Assembly: GCA_040218735.1 (NCBI GenBank)
Contig: JAVJQW010000052.1
Location: forward strand, 1 to 16,732
Reading direction: 5' to 3'
Source: Deltaproteobacteria bacterium
Lineage (GTDB): Bacteria; Myxococcota; Kuafuiibacteriia; Kuafuiibacteriales; Kuafuiibacteriaceae
DNA length: 16,732 nucleotides
The notes under the pieces were generated by a model, which was not told the origin of the DNA, ran no database searches, and was given only the letters and a program-made list of their open reading frames with translations. A program made the position numbers and the translations under genes. This document shows positions 1 through 6,977 of this stretch, piece after piece. How positions within the stretch are numbered: the first letter of the stretch is position 1; each line of letters starts with the position of its first letter.

Positions 1-510
1 GACGGACCATGCTCGGGAGCGCCGCACGAGAGAAGCGACCATCTTCGTCGATGCGATGGCGAACGCGACCACGAGGAGGGGTGCGCTGACGGTCGCCTGG
101 AGCCAAAGCGCCACCAGGGGCCCAACGATCAGGAGCTGTCCCGGAAGGATGGCGCGCCACGCGCATAGCGCGAGCGCGCCGACGACAGCCCAAGACGCCG
201 CGAAGGACGCCGACAGACGCCAACCTCGCCGCCGCCCTATCGAGGCGAACGCCAGGTTGGTCGAGGTGAAGATCACGAGGCCTGCCAGGCACCCCGCTCC
301 GGCCCGCAGTTGCCCCACGTGGATGAGATCCGTGATCCGCACCAACAGCTCGCGCCCGAAATCCGCGGCGACGATCGTCATCAACAGGATCGCAATCGGG
401 ACAAAGACGAGGAGCCACCCCGCGGTGACCCCCGAGACGGCAAAGATCCGAGCCCGGCCAAGCCGAGTGCGCTGGCGGTCGACGCTCACGTGGTTCTCGA
501 TGCTATCCAT
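1..510 (-). CDS. Multi-pass membrane protein, hypothetical (3' end runs off the window)
   Basis: Open minus-strand frame from ATG at 510 to position 1: MDSIENHVSVDRQRTRLGRARIFAVSGVTAGWLLVFVPIAILLMTIVAADFG... with several hydrophobic segments. It is absent from the ORF track because it has no stop in the window. The + ORF 56..532 reads like its antisense shadow. Confidence 0.6.
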   Translation of the reverse strand, partial: MDSIENHVSVDRQRTRLGRARIFAVSGVTAGWLLVFVPIAILLMTIVAADFGRELLVRITDLIHVGQLRAGAGCLAGLVIFTSTNLAFASIGRRRGWRLSASFAASWAVVGALALCAWRAILPGQLLIVGPLVALWLQATVSAPLLVVAFAIASTKMVASLVRRSRAWSV

Positions 511-556
511 CTCCTGGGGAATGCCAACGTAGCGCCCGGGCCCAGGCGAAATTCAT

Positions 557-679
557 CGGGGAGGGCGACGTCGAGCGCCTCTTCGAGCAACCCCGCAGCG
601 GGGCGAGTTCCGCCGCCAGAACAGAACGAGCAACGCTTCGTGCATCCGTAGGCGGTATCGCGCGGGGCACGCTACCACG
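557..679 (-). pseudogene. Degenerate copy of the rpn-like gene 5' end and its promoter region
   Basis: Aligns by eye to 1538-1658 at about 80% identity with 2 indels. It translates (with a +1 shift) as MHEALLVLFWRR/TRPAAGLLEEALDVALP versus MHEALIDLFRQRTRLAPELLEEALGVALP. The first ATG is mutated to ATA (656-658). Confidence 0.8.
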
Positions 680-779
680 AGCGTTGGAGCGTTCTGTTTC
701 GCTGGAGCTGGAGCTCAACCTGCAGCTGCGTGTCCGGGTCCGAGCGTTCGATGTTGTCGTCGGCGCCCACGCGCTCGCC

Positions 780-1016
780 TCAGACGTCGGAGAGCACGTC
801 GTCCGTGGAGGTCGCTTCGAGCGCGCGGTCGAGCCACAGCTCGAGGCGGGCCGCGTCGTGGCACGACTCGATGGTGGTGCGCTGTTCGTCTGAGACCGCG
901 AGACCGCGACGCTCGAGCACGCGCAGGAGCATCGCGGCGCGTCCTTTTTCCTCGCCCTCGGCGAAGTACTTCTTCGCGAACTCGGACTGGTACTCGAACT
1001 TGCCGGTGGCGACCAT
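780..1016 (-). CDS. Candidate intragenic small protein (RpnS-like antitoxin), 78 aa, in frame with rpn
   Basis: Minus strand AAGGAG (1026-1031), a 9-nt spacer, then in-frame ATG (1016-1014) immediately before the C-terminal domain (MVATGKFEYQSEF...). Confidence 0.5.
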   Translation of the reverse strand: MVATGKFEYQSEFAKKYFAEGEEKGRAAMLLRVLERRGLAVSDEQRTTIESCHDAARLELWLDRALEATSTDDVLSDV

Positions 1017-1637
1017 CGCTTGCAGCTCCTTCGCAACGGCCTCGCCGAGCGAGGCCATCACCAAATCAGCGTACAGCGCGGCTCGGGCATCGTCGAGCGC
1101 GGAAACGGCGGTGAGTGCCGTGGTCACGACGTCGATGCTTCCTGGGGCCTGACCGTGGGCGATCGCGGAGAGGACCGCGAGCTCGGGGGCGCGTTCGGCT
1201 CGCACCGGGTCCTCGATACGCGGCACGACGGCCGGGCCGAGCACCCACGGCGTGAACGTCCCCTGCGGCCCCAGAGCGATTGGCTCGGCCGCCCACGCGG
1301 CGACGCGCTCGTGGGGCGTCACGACGAGGACCGACACCTCGCAGCGAATCTTCGCGCGCAACGCCGTCAGGTAGAGCGGCCACGAGTACTTCTTGTTGCC
1401 GTCCCGGCGCAGCTGCACCTCGACGACGATGCCGTGCACGGGGATGCCGTCCATCAGCAGGACGACGAGGTCCGCGTGATACTCGGTCGGAACGATCTGC
1501 GTGAGCGTGGCGTCCTCGGTTCGGACGTCGTCATAGGCGGGGAGGGCGACGCCCAACGCTTCCTCGAGCAGCTCCGGCGCGAGGCGCGTTCGCTGCCGGA
1601 ACAGATCGATCAACGCCTCGTGCATCACTGACGGCAT
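780..1637 (-). CDS. Rpn/YhgA-like PD-(D/E)xK nuclease-fold protein
   Basis: 285 aa. Catalytic-like ADLVV...VVEVQ pattern and SWPLY. The C-terminal segment YQSEFAKKYFAEGEEKGRA..LLRVLERRG..D..RLELWLDRA is typical of Rpn-family tails. Confidence 0.8.
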   Translation of the reverse strand: MPSVMHEALIDLFRQRTRLAPELLEEALGVALPAYDDVRTEDATLTQIVPTEYHADLVVLLMDGIPVHGIVVEVQLRRDGNKKYSWPLYLTALRAKIRCEVSVLVVTPHERVAAWAAEPIALGPQGTFTPWVLGPAVVPRIEDPVRAERAPELAVLSAIAHGQAPGSIDVVTTALTAVSALDDARAALYADLVMASLGEAVAKELQAMVATGKFEYQSEFAKKYFAEGEEKGRAAMLLRVLERRGLAVSDEQRTTIESCHDAARLELWLDRALEATSTDDVLSDV

Positions 1638-1647
1638 CGCGCGGCGG

Positions 1648-1656
1648 ACGCTACCA
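1648..1656 (-). promoter_or_regulatory. Putative extended -10 promoter (TGG-TAGCGT) of the rpn-like gene
   Basis: TGn-TAnnnT motif ending 10 nt before the ATG, with no SD (short or leaderless mRNA). An identical motif is retained at 669-677 in the decayed copy. Confidence 0.45.
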
Positions 1657-1686
1657 CGGGAGCGGGGACGTTCTTGTTTGTCGCCG

Positions 1687-1934
1687 CCTTTGCGGTCTTC
1701 GGCCCGCGGTTGTGCTTCGGTTTCGGGGGTGCGCCGGCGCGCCTCCTCTTCGAGGCCTCACGCCTCGAGCTGCCGCCCCTTCGGGGTCGGTGCGGCTCTG
1801 CTTTCGGTCCCCTCGCTTCACTCGGCTCGGCTTCGCCTCGCAGAAAGCGCCGCACCGCCTCGAGGAGCTCGGACGGTCGCGCCCGTTTGGCGAACCCCCG
1901 ACCCAAGCACGGCCGCGAGGCTGAGCTCGAAAGG
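1687..1934. repeat. Long hairpin element, copy 1 (conserved core 1754-1876), upstream of radC
   Basis: Core is about 92% identical to 15973-16096. Nested complementary arms: 1687-91/1930-34, 1705-17/1905-17, 1723-30/1894-1901, 1736-41/1878-83, 1788-96/1849-57. Confidence 0.9.
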
Positions 1935-1943
1935 AAGCCGACG

Positions 1944-2417
1944 ATGAACTCTTCACCCGCGCCCAGGAAGCCAACCCCCCCCAAGCGACACACGTACAGC
2001 CTGCGTACGGTTCGCTTCCACGTGGCCGAGCCCGTCACGCGCCACATCCAAACGCGCGACGATCTGCGCGCCGTCCTCGGGCCGCTCTTCGACAACCTCG
2101 ACGGCGACCGGGAACACTTCCTCGTCCTCGCCCTCAACGCGCGCGGCCGCGTTATCGGCTACCAGGCCGTTGCGACTGGAACGGCGACGGCTTGCCTGGT
2201 GCACCCGCGCGAGGTCTTCCGAGTCGCAGTCGCACTCGGGGCGGCGTCCATCATGGTCGCCCACAATCATCCGAGCGGCGAAACCGCGCCGTCTCGCGAG
2301 GATCACCTGCTCACCGAGCGTCTCGTCACGGGCGGCGCACTGTTGGGCATCCCGGTGCTCGACGCGGTGGTGTGGACGCCGGGCGGCATCGAGACGACGA
2401 TGCCGGGGTCGGAGTGA
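1944..2417 (+). CDS. radC: RadC-like JAB/MPN domain protein (short form typical of mobile elements)
   Basis: REHFLVLALN, VHPREVF, AHNHPSG..PSRED and LLGIPVLD motifs. Likely start is ATG 1944, after GAAAGG. Confidence 0.9.
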   Translation: MNSSPAPRKPTPPKRHTYSLRTVRFHVAEPVTRHIQTRDDLRAVLGPLFDNLDGDREHFLVLALNARGRVIGYQAVATGTATACLVHPREVFRVAVALGAASIMVAHNHPSGETAPSREDHLLTERLVTGGALLGIPVLDAVVWTPGGIETTMPGSE

Positions 2418-2434
2418 GCGCAAGGAGCCCCGAG

Positions 2435-2734
2435 ATGAACCGCAGCCTCAGCTTCAACCCCACCGAACGGCGGATGATCGAACTCGCCAAGACGTTCCCG
2501 ACGTTCGTGCGTCGCCCCGAGGCCGTCGAGCCCTGGCGGCCGCGCGACCTCGATTCCTGGGCCGCCGCCGCGAGTCATGGCGAAAAGCTCGCGGCGCAGT
2601 TCCTCCTCGCCGTCTGGGACCCGAGTCATGATTGGGTCTGCGGTCGGTTCGACGTGATGGAGGCGCTGTCGATCTGGGATGCGCCACACCGCGAGGCCTT
2701 CTTGGCGTGGGCGTCTACCCCGTGGTGGCCGTGA
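2435..2734 (+). CDS. Hypothetical protein, 99 aa, Trp-rich (ends AFLAWASTPWWP)
   Basis: AAGGAG SD at 2422-2427, ATG at 2435, 17 nt after the radC stop. Protein-like composition. Confidence 0.75.
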   Translation: MNRSLSFNPTERRMIELAKTFPTFVRRPEAVEPWRPRDLDSWAAAASHGEKLAAQFLLAVWDPSHDWVCGRFDVMEALSIWDAPHREAFLAWASTPWWP

Positions 2735-2824
2735 TCCCCGCGGTCACCTCGCCCCGTCGAAAGTCTCCGAGGCCTTCCTCTTCCACGCTTGACGACGGCG
2801 CGTCAGTGACGATTCCCCTCCGCC

Positions 2825-3112
2825 ATGACAAGGCTTTCTACCGCCACCGAGGCGTATCGCGACTTACACTTCGCCATGTTCTTCTGGATTCCTGTCGCCG
2901 ACGCTCGCAACTTCAAGCCGCCTTCGGGATGGGTCACAGGTTTTCGTAACCAGCTCGTCGACGGCGAAGAGGCGGTTCTCTTCAAACACCCGGGTCGCGA
3001 GCGCGCGATATGCAAGCATATAGATGACCATCCGTTGACCCGGAAGGAGCGACTCTACGTCGACTACTTCGCAGCGCATCGCGCGCGGGCCTCCCGACTC
3101 TCCACGTTCTGA
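2825..3112 (+). CDS. Hypothetical protein, 95 aa
   Basis: ORF with globular, non-Arg/Ala-biased composition, co-oriented with its neighbours. No clear SD. Confidence 0.5.
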   Translation: MTRLSTATEAYRDLHFAMFFWIPVADARNFKPPSGWVTGFRNQLVDGEEAVLFKHPGRERAICKHIDDHPLTRKERLYVDYFAAHRARASRLSTF

Positions 3113-3186
3113 ACGCGGGGCTGTTCCCCCGGGCTTCGAGCACTCCTATCTCGCCCTTCGCGCCTGTGTGCGTAAGCATCACAACG

Positions 3187-3849
3187 ATGGACACCTCCCT
3201 CGCCCTCGCCGCCGTCATCGCCGCCCGCCACCGGCAAACACTCGACGTCCTGAAGGAGATCGCGCCCGAACGCGCCGTGGCGCTCGAAGCCTCCTGGACC
3301 GAAGAGCTGCAGAAAGCGTCTGAGGCAGTTGGGCCCGCGCCTGCGTCCCACGCATCTCGTACGCTGACGACCCCGTCCGGAGATCAGGTTGATGTCGACG
3401 AAGGGATGGTTGCTTTCGTTCGGGAGCTCTGGCGACTCGGCATCCCGACGAGCTCATGCTGCCAGGGGGGGCTAGGCAGTTCCGATGATCCCTTCGATCC
3501 CGATCATCCGGCCCACGTCTCCTTCTTCCATGTCGACCACGCACTGGCCTTCCTGCAACTCGCGGACGGACCCAAACCGACGCACGTTGCTTGGAGCGGA
3601 CCGGATTCTGACGGCTTCAACGACAGCCTCCATGCCCGAATGATGGGCTCGAATTTCTTCGAGCCGGAGCGCGAGTGGGAATACTCGGCCTTTCTCGAAT
3701 GCGAGGGCGAGAACAACGCCGACGACAGCGGCATGCGTCTTGACGGCTACACTCTATCGATCCTGGTCTACCTTCCGCCCGAGGATGTGGCGCGTGTAGC
3801 GGTCAACCTTGCTGCGCAGCCGCCGTTGGCGAAGCCATTTGCGTGGTGA
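3187..3849 (+). CDS. Hypothetical protein with a TYW3-like motif
   Basis: VDVDEGMVAFVRELWRLGIPTSSCCQG...AHVSF resembles the D-x2-I-x2-LV-x2-LN-x2-G-x2-T-x2-SC-x-G pattern of TYW3-fold proteins. Likely ATG is 3187. Confidence 0.65.
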   Translation: MDTSLALAAVIAARHRQTLDVLKEIAPERAVALEASWTEELQKASEAVGPAPASHASRTLTTPSGDQVDVDEGMVAFVRELWRLGIPTSSCCQGGLGSSDDPFDPDHPAHVSFFHVDHALAFLQLADGPKPTHVAWSGPDSDGFNDSLHARMMGSNFFEPEREWEYSAFLECEGENNADDSGMRLDGYTLSILVYLPPEDVARVAVNLAAQPPLAKPFAW

Positions 3850-3980
3850 GATGGTCGCAACTTCTGCGTAGCTCGAGCCTCACGGACGTTTCTCCGCGCG
3901 CCCGTTGACGACTGCTTCACGGTATCTACGCAAGACCGCCCCGGCAATCTGCCGGGAAACATCATCAAGGAGAACAAGTC

Positions 3981-4127
3981 ATGGCGAAGAGTGGTGGAAG
4001 CAAAGGCGGAAGCGGCAGCAGTGGTGGAGGCAAGGGCGGATCCGGCAACAGCGGCGGGAACTGGCCAAGCACCACCGGGAATCCGTCTGGTGGTGGGCGA
4101 GGCAACAATCCCCCGAAGGGCAAGTAG
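3981..4127 (+). CDS. Small Gly/Ser-rich peptide, 48 aa
   Basis: Strong SD (AAGGAG) then ATG. Sequence is MAKSGGSKGGSGSSGGGKGGSGNSGGNWPSTTGNPSGGGRGNNPPKGK. It is below the ORF-track length cutoff. Confidence 0.7.
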   Translation: MAKSGGSKGGSGSSGGGKGGSGNSGGNWPSTTGNPSGGGRGNNPPKGK

Positions 4128-4329
4128 CCGCGTCGCTATGTCCGTCGACAGTGACCCTCCGCAGCCGCGAAGCTGCGGTGCGTCGGGGTGCGCCCAGAGC
4201 GGAATCGGAGCGACAACGCCAGGTGCGCGAGGAAGGAGTCAGCGACGAATCTCCGGCCGCTTCGGGTCGGCGTTCGATGTCTGAGCATCTTCCGTTGTGA
4301 TACGGTAGCGACCGACGGACTCAACGACT

Positions 4330-4740
4330 GTGAGTGACGCACGACCACCGCGCGATGCTGCGCCTGAAGACCAAAGACGATCCTTTCAGCGATGGCTAGC
4401 TTTGAGCGGACTCCCGTTCCTCGATCTGCGTGGTGCTGACCTGCGTGGTGCCAACCTCCGGTACGCCCGGCTTGCCCAAGCCAACCTCTCCGGCGCCGAC
4501 CTTCGAGGTGCTGATCTGCGTCACGCGAATCTCAACGGCGCTAACCTCTCTGGCGCCGACCTGTCCGGGGCCGACCTCGGCAGTGCGTGCCTTGAGGGCG
4601 CCAACGTAGCTGGCGCCTGCCTTGAGGGTGTCGACTTTTCTGCTGGAGCTTCGTTTCTGGGGACGACCCTTCTGAGCGCGCAGTGGAGCCACATTCGACT
4701 GGTCGCCGGGCGAATGTCTCGCGAGCGCTGGGCGGCATAG
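4330..4740 (+). CDS. Pentapeptide repeat protein
   Basis: Tandem A(D/N)L(R/S)G repeats ([51 protein letters not shown]). Possible TGA-TACGGT extended -10 at 4298-4306. Confidence 0.85.
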   Translation: MSDARPPRDAAPEDQRRSFQRWLALSGLPFLDLRGADLRGANLRYARLAQANLSGADLRGADLRHANLNGANLSGADLSGADLGSACLEGANVAGACLEGVDFSAGASFLGTTLLSAQWSHIRLVAGRMSRERWAA

Positions 4741-4804
4741 CCCTCCGCACGTCGACGCTTCCCCGTGACGACGTCGCAGAGGCCCAACACAGCCGTGCCC
4801 CGCG

Positions 4805-4815
4805 TTATGTCAACT
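4805..4815 (+). other. Isolated XerD-arm-like half site (TTATGTCAACT)
   Basis: Matches the XerD arm pattern TTATGTnAAnT. The upstream 17 nt do not resemble a XerC arm. Confidence 0.5.
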
Positions 4816-4852
4816 CGGCGCTCGAACCCCGCACCCTGACTGCGTTTTTCCA

Positions 4853-4880
4853 GCTTCCGATAAGGGTCATTATGTCCACT
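4853..4880 (+). other. dif-like XerC/XerD recombination site
   Basis: GCTTCCGATAA-GGGTCA-TTATGTCCACT has 11-6-11 architecture with the ATAA-N6-TTATGT core (E. coli dif is GGTGCGCATAA-TGTATA-TTATGTTAAAT). It is intergenic, between convergent gene blocks. Confidence 0.75.
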
Positions 4881-4958
4881 CAGTATAATACACTTGAGCG
4901 AAGCACGGTGTGTAGATCGAGTCTGCGCGACAGCGCCGCCGAACGCAAGCAGGCGGAT

Positions 4959-5150
4959 TCAAGGACCTCGAGGCGGGATGCGTGATTGCTCTTCACTAAG
5001 CCCCATCGCTTCTCCGAGCCGGTAGTGGGCATGCTCCAGCGCCTTTCTCGACACCTCACTGGGGTCGAGCACGTGCTCAATCAGAAGAAAGAGCGCCTCT
5101 GTCTGGCGCTCAACGTGGCGCAGAATCTTGGTCGTCTCATCGTCGGTCAT
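4959..5150 (-). CDS. Small hypothetical protein, 63 aa
   Basis: MTDDETTKILRHVERQTEALFLLIEHVLD..., helical-looking. AAGGTGG lies upstream of the ATG. Confidence 0.5.
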   Translation of the reverse strand: MTDDETTKILRHVERQTEALFLLIEHVLDPSEVSRKALEHAHYRLGEAMGLSEEQSRIPPRGP

Positions 5151-5202
5151 GTATGCCACCTTGCGTATCACAAAGCGTTCAGTTCGTTCGGAACGAATAA
5201 CC

Positions 5203-5734
5203 TCAGCGCCCGACTGCGGCCGCGACGGTCGCCTCAGCTTCGGTTTGCACGGTGATTTCTGCCGCCCTCATCCCGGCCTGGCGTTCCGCCTCCTGGCGCT
5301 GCATCTCGCCGCAGAACTCGAAGATGCTCGCCCGCTCTTCGGCGCCGCTCCAGGCGTCCTCAAGTTCGCCATCCGCTGTGAACTTCTCGTCCTTCGCGCC
5401 GTCGGTTCGGAAGACGAAGATCCGCAAGCGCGAACTCGATCATCGTCTTCGTGCCGCGGCTGCGGCCGTCCCAGACCGCCACGAGACCATCCGCGTTCTG
5501 TGCCATCTGGCGATTGCGGATTGGGCCGGCGCGCTTTCCGTATGTGCGCCAGTCGGCAGGAAACCGGTGCACTTCGATCTCCCGCTTCGCAGCCCAGCGC
5601 TCTCCAAACTCGTCCGCACCGCGCGCCGTGCCAGATACGATGGCGCTCGCAAACCCAATCCACGGACATCGGTCCAGCGCCTCGTTCACCTGCGCCTCCG
5701 TGGCGTTGCGGCTGCCGGCGACGATGACTCGCAT
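5203..5734 (-). pseudogene. SLOG-superfamily (YspA-like/DUF2493) protein with a C-terminal EERAxI-type helical tail, frameshifted at about 5428
   Basis: MRVIVAGSR...IVSGTARGAD...PADWRTYGKRAGPIRNRQMA..AD.LVAVWDG.SRGTKTMI is the typical pattern. The expected final strand LRIFVFRTDG continues in another frame (5427-5203). The start overlaps the PRTase stop (TAATG). Confidence 0.8.
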
Positions 5735-6234
5735 TACGGCAACAGCTTCCGAAGTACAGCCTGGGCCGTTCCGCTCGAGCTTCCATTGAATGGACGATTG
5801 GTGCCGACACTGTACGCCCCGCGAGGGACCGGCGCGAATGGATCGCTCTTGATCTGGATCTCTTGGTACAGCGTGCGCCCCCCAAACTTCCCAAGCGCAA
5901 CGCCGGCAACGAACGACGCACCCGCAGCCCTCAGTAATCCCGCCGCGACAGCGAAGGACACGCCGTACGTCGTGCAGTCGTCGATGACGACAACGCTTCG
6001 GCCGCTGCACTTGCCGCGGTAGAACGGGTTCAGGTGCAGCGTTTCGATTTGCTCCGCCGGATCCTCGCGGTCGCCGCCGCCTCCGGCCGAGCGCTTCGAG
6101 GAGGCGGCATGACGAATGAAGAGCGGTTCGTTGCGCTTCGCGTAGCGAACGGCCGACACCGTTGTCCGAAGCCGATGCGTGAAGTCGCTGAGCACTTCGG
6201 TGTCGTCGTTCGCGCTGCCCGACGAAGGATAAGA
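5734..6234 (-). pseudogene. Type I phosphoribosyltransferase (ComF/ShosT-like), apparently 5'-truncated
   Basis: PRPP-binding loop VVVIDDCTTYGVSF. The frame is open upstream through YPSSGS to a stop at 6289-6291 with no ATG. The GTG at 6195 has no SD. Confidence 0.7.
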
Positions 6235-6611
6235 CCTGTCGACGGTCTCACGCCAGGTCGGCCACGCGAACGTACAGACGACGGCACGCTACGATCGGCG
6301 CAGACCGCTTTCTCGCACAAGACGCCAGTGCATCGCCATTCGCTGCTACAGAGCACCCCTACCGTCCCGTGCGTCAGTCGACGCCGCAGCGATCCTCATT
6401 CTCTATGTACGCGGAATCGCGGTCCCCATCGCGTAGTTCTTGCGGCACGTAAGTCGGTAGGGACGTGCCCCTACGGCGCGCAGAACGGCAGACGGGCAAC
6501 CGCAACGCCAAAACCTGAGACAGATGACCGGACGCGTGAGGTAGCAGGTTCATCAACGCCGCAAGATCCAGCTCTGGTGCCCAACCGCGTGAAGCTCTAG
6601 TATGAGGAGCG

Positions 6612-6929
6612 ATGCATCTCCGCCTCGTCATCGCAGCGGCGTTCGTTGCGCTGTTCGCGGCCAGGCAATCTGGGGTCGTCGAGTTTGTGGAGCACCAGAT
6701 TGGTGGGTGCCTGGCCGCCTGCCCGGATGACACCGACGAAGGGGAGTGCCCGCCCGACTGCGAGATGTGCGTTTGTTCACCGGCGACACGAACGCTGGTG
6801 CCGGCGGCCGCCAATCTCCTGACGCCGATTGAACGGCCGACGCCGCGCCTCGAGGTCCCGGCGGAGCGTCCGCCGAGCGGTGTCGTTCACCGAGTCTTCC
6901 GTCCCCCACGCTGCGACGTGTTCGCCTAG
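6612..6929 (+). CDS. CzcI/DUF2946-like leader protein (N-terminal hydrophobic segment, Cys cluster, C-terminal RPPR)
   Basis: GAGGAG SD. Contains CLAAC...CPPDCEMCVC and ends VFRPPRCDVFA. It is the first ORF before the efflux operon. Confidence 0.75.
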   Translation: MHLRLVIAAAFVALFAARQSGVVEFVEHQIGGCLAACPDDTDEGECPPDCEMCVCSPATRTLVPAAANLLTPIERPTPRLEVPAERPPSGVVHRVFRPPRCDVFA

Positions 6930-6977
6930 ACCCCTGGGACAAACGAGCGACCTCGTCGCTCCACGGGAGACGTACGC

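Noticed and set aside
1674-1943. N-terminal extension of radC (247-aa ORF), and the similar extension 15934-16152
   Set aside because: Both run through the non-coding hairpin element. SD-supported ATGs at 1944 and 16153 give sensible proteins.
4420-4640. 15-nt periodic DNA repeats
   Set aside because: Fully explained by pentapeptide-repeat coding.
4884-4889. Perfect TATAAT next to the dif-like site
   Set aside because: There is no -35 at suitable spacing and no convincing plus-strand gene downstream.
5177-5197. GTTC-rich palindrome TTCGTTC-G-GAACGAA as a LexA box
   Set aside because: The spacing fits neither GAAC-N4-GTTC nor GTTC-N7-GTTC. It could be an operator, but that is unsupported.
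6292-6600. Possible gene remnant between the PRTase and the leader ORF
   Set aside because: No frame gives a recognisable motif or a credible start.
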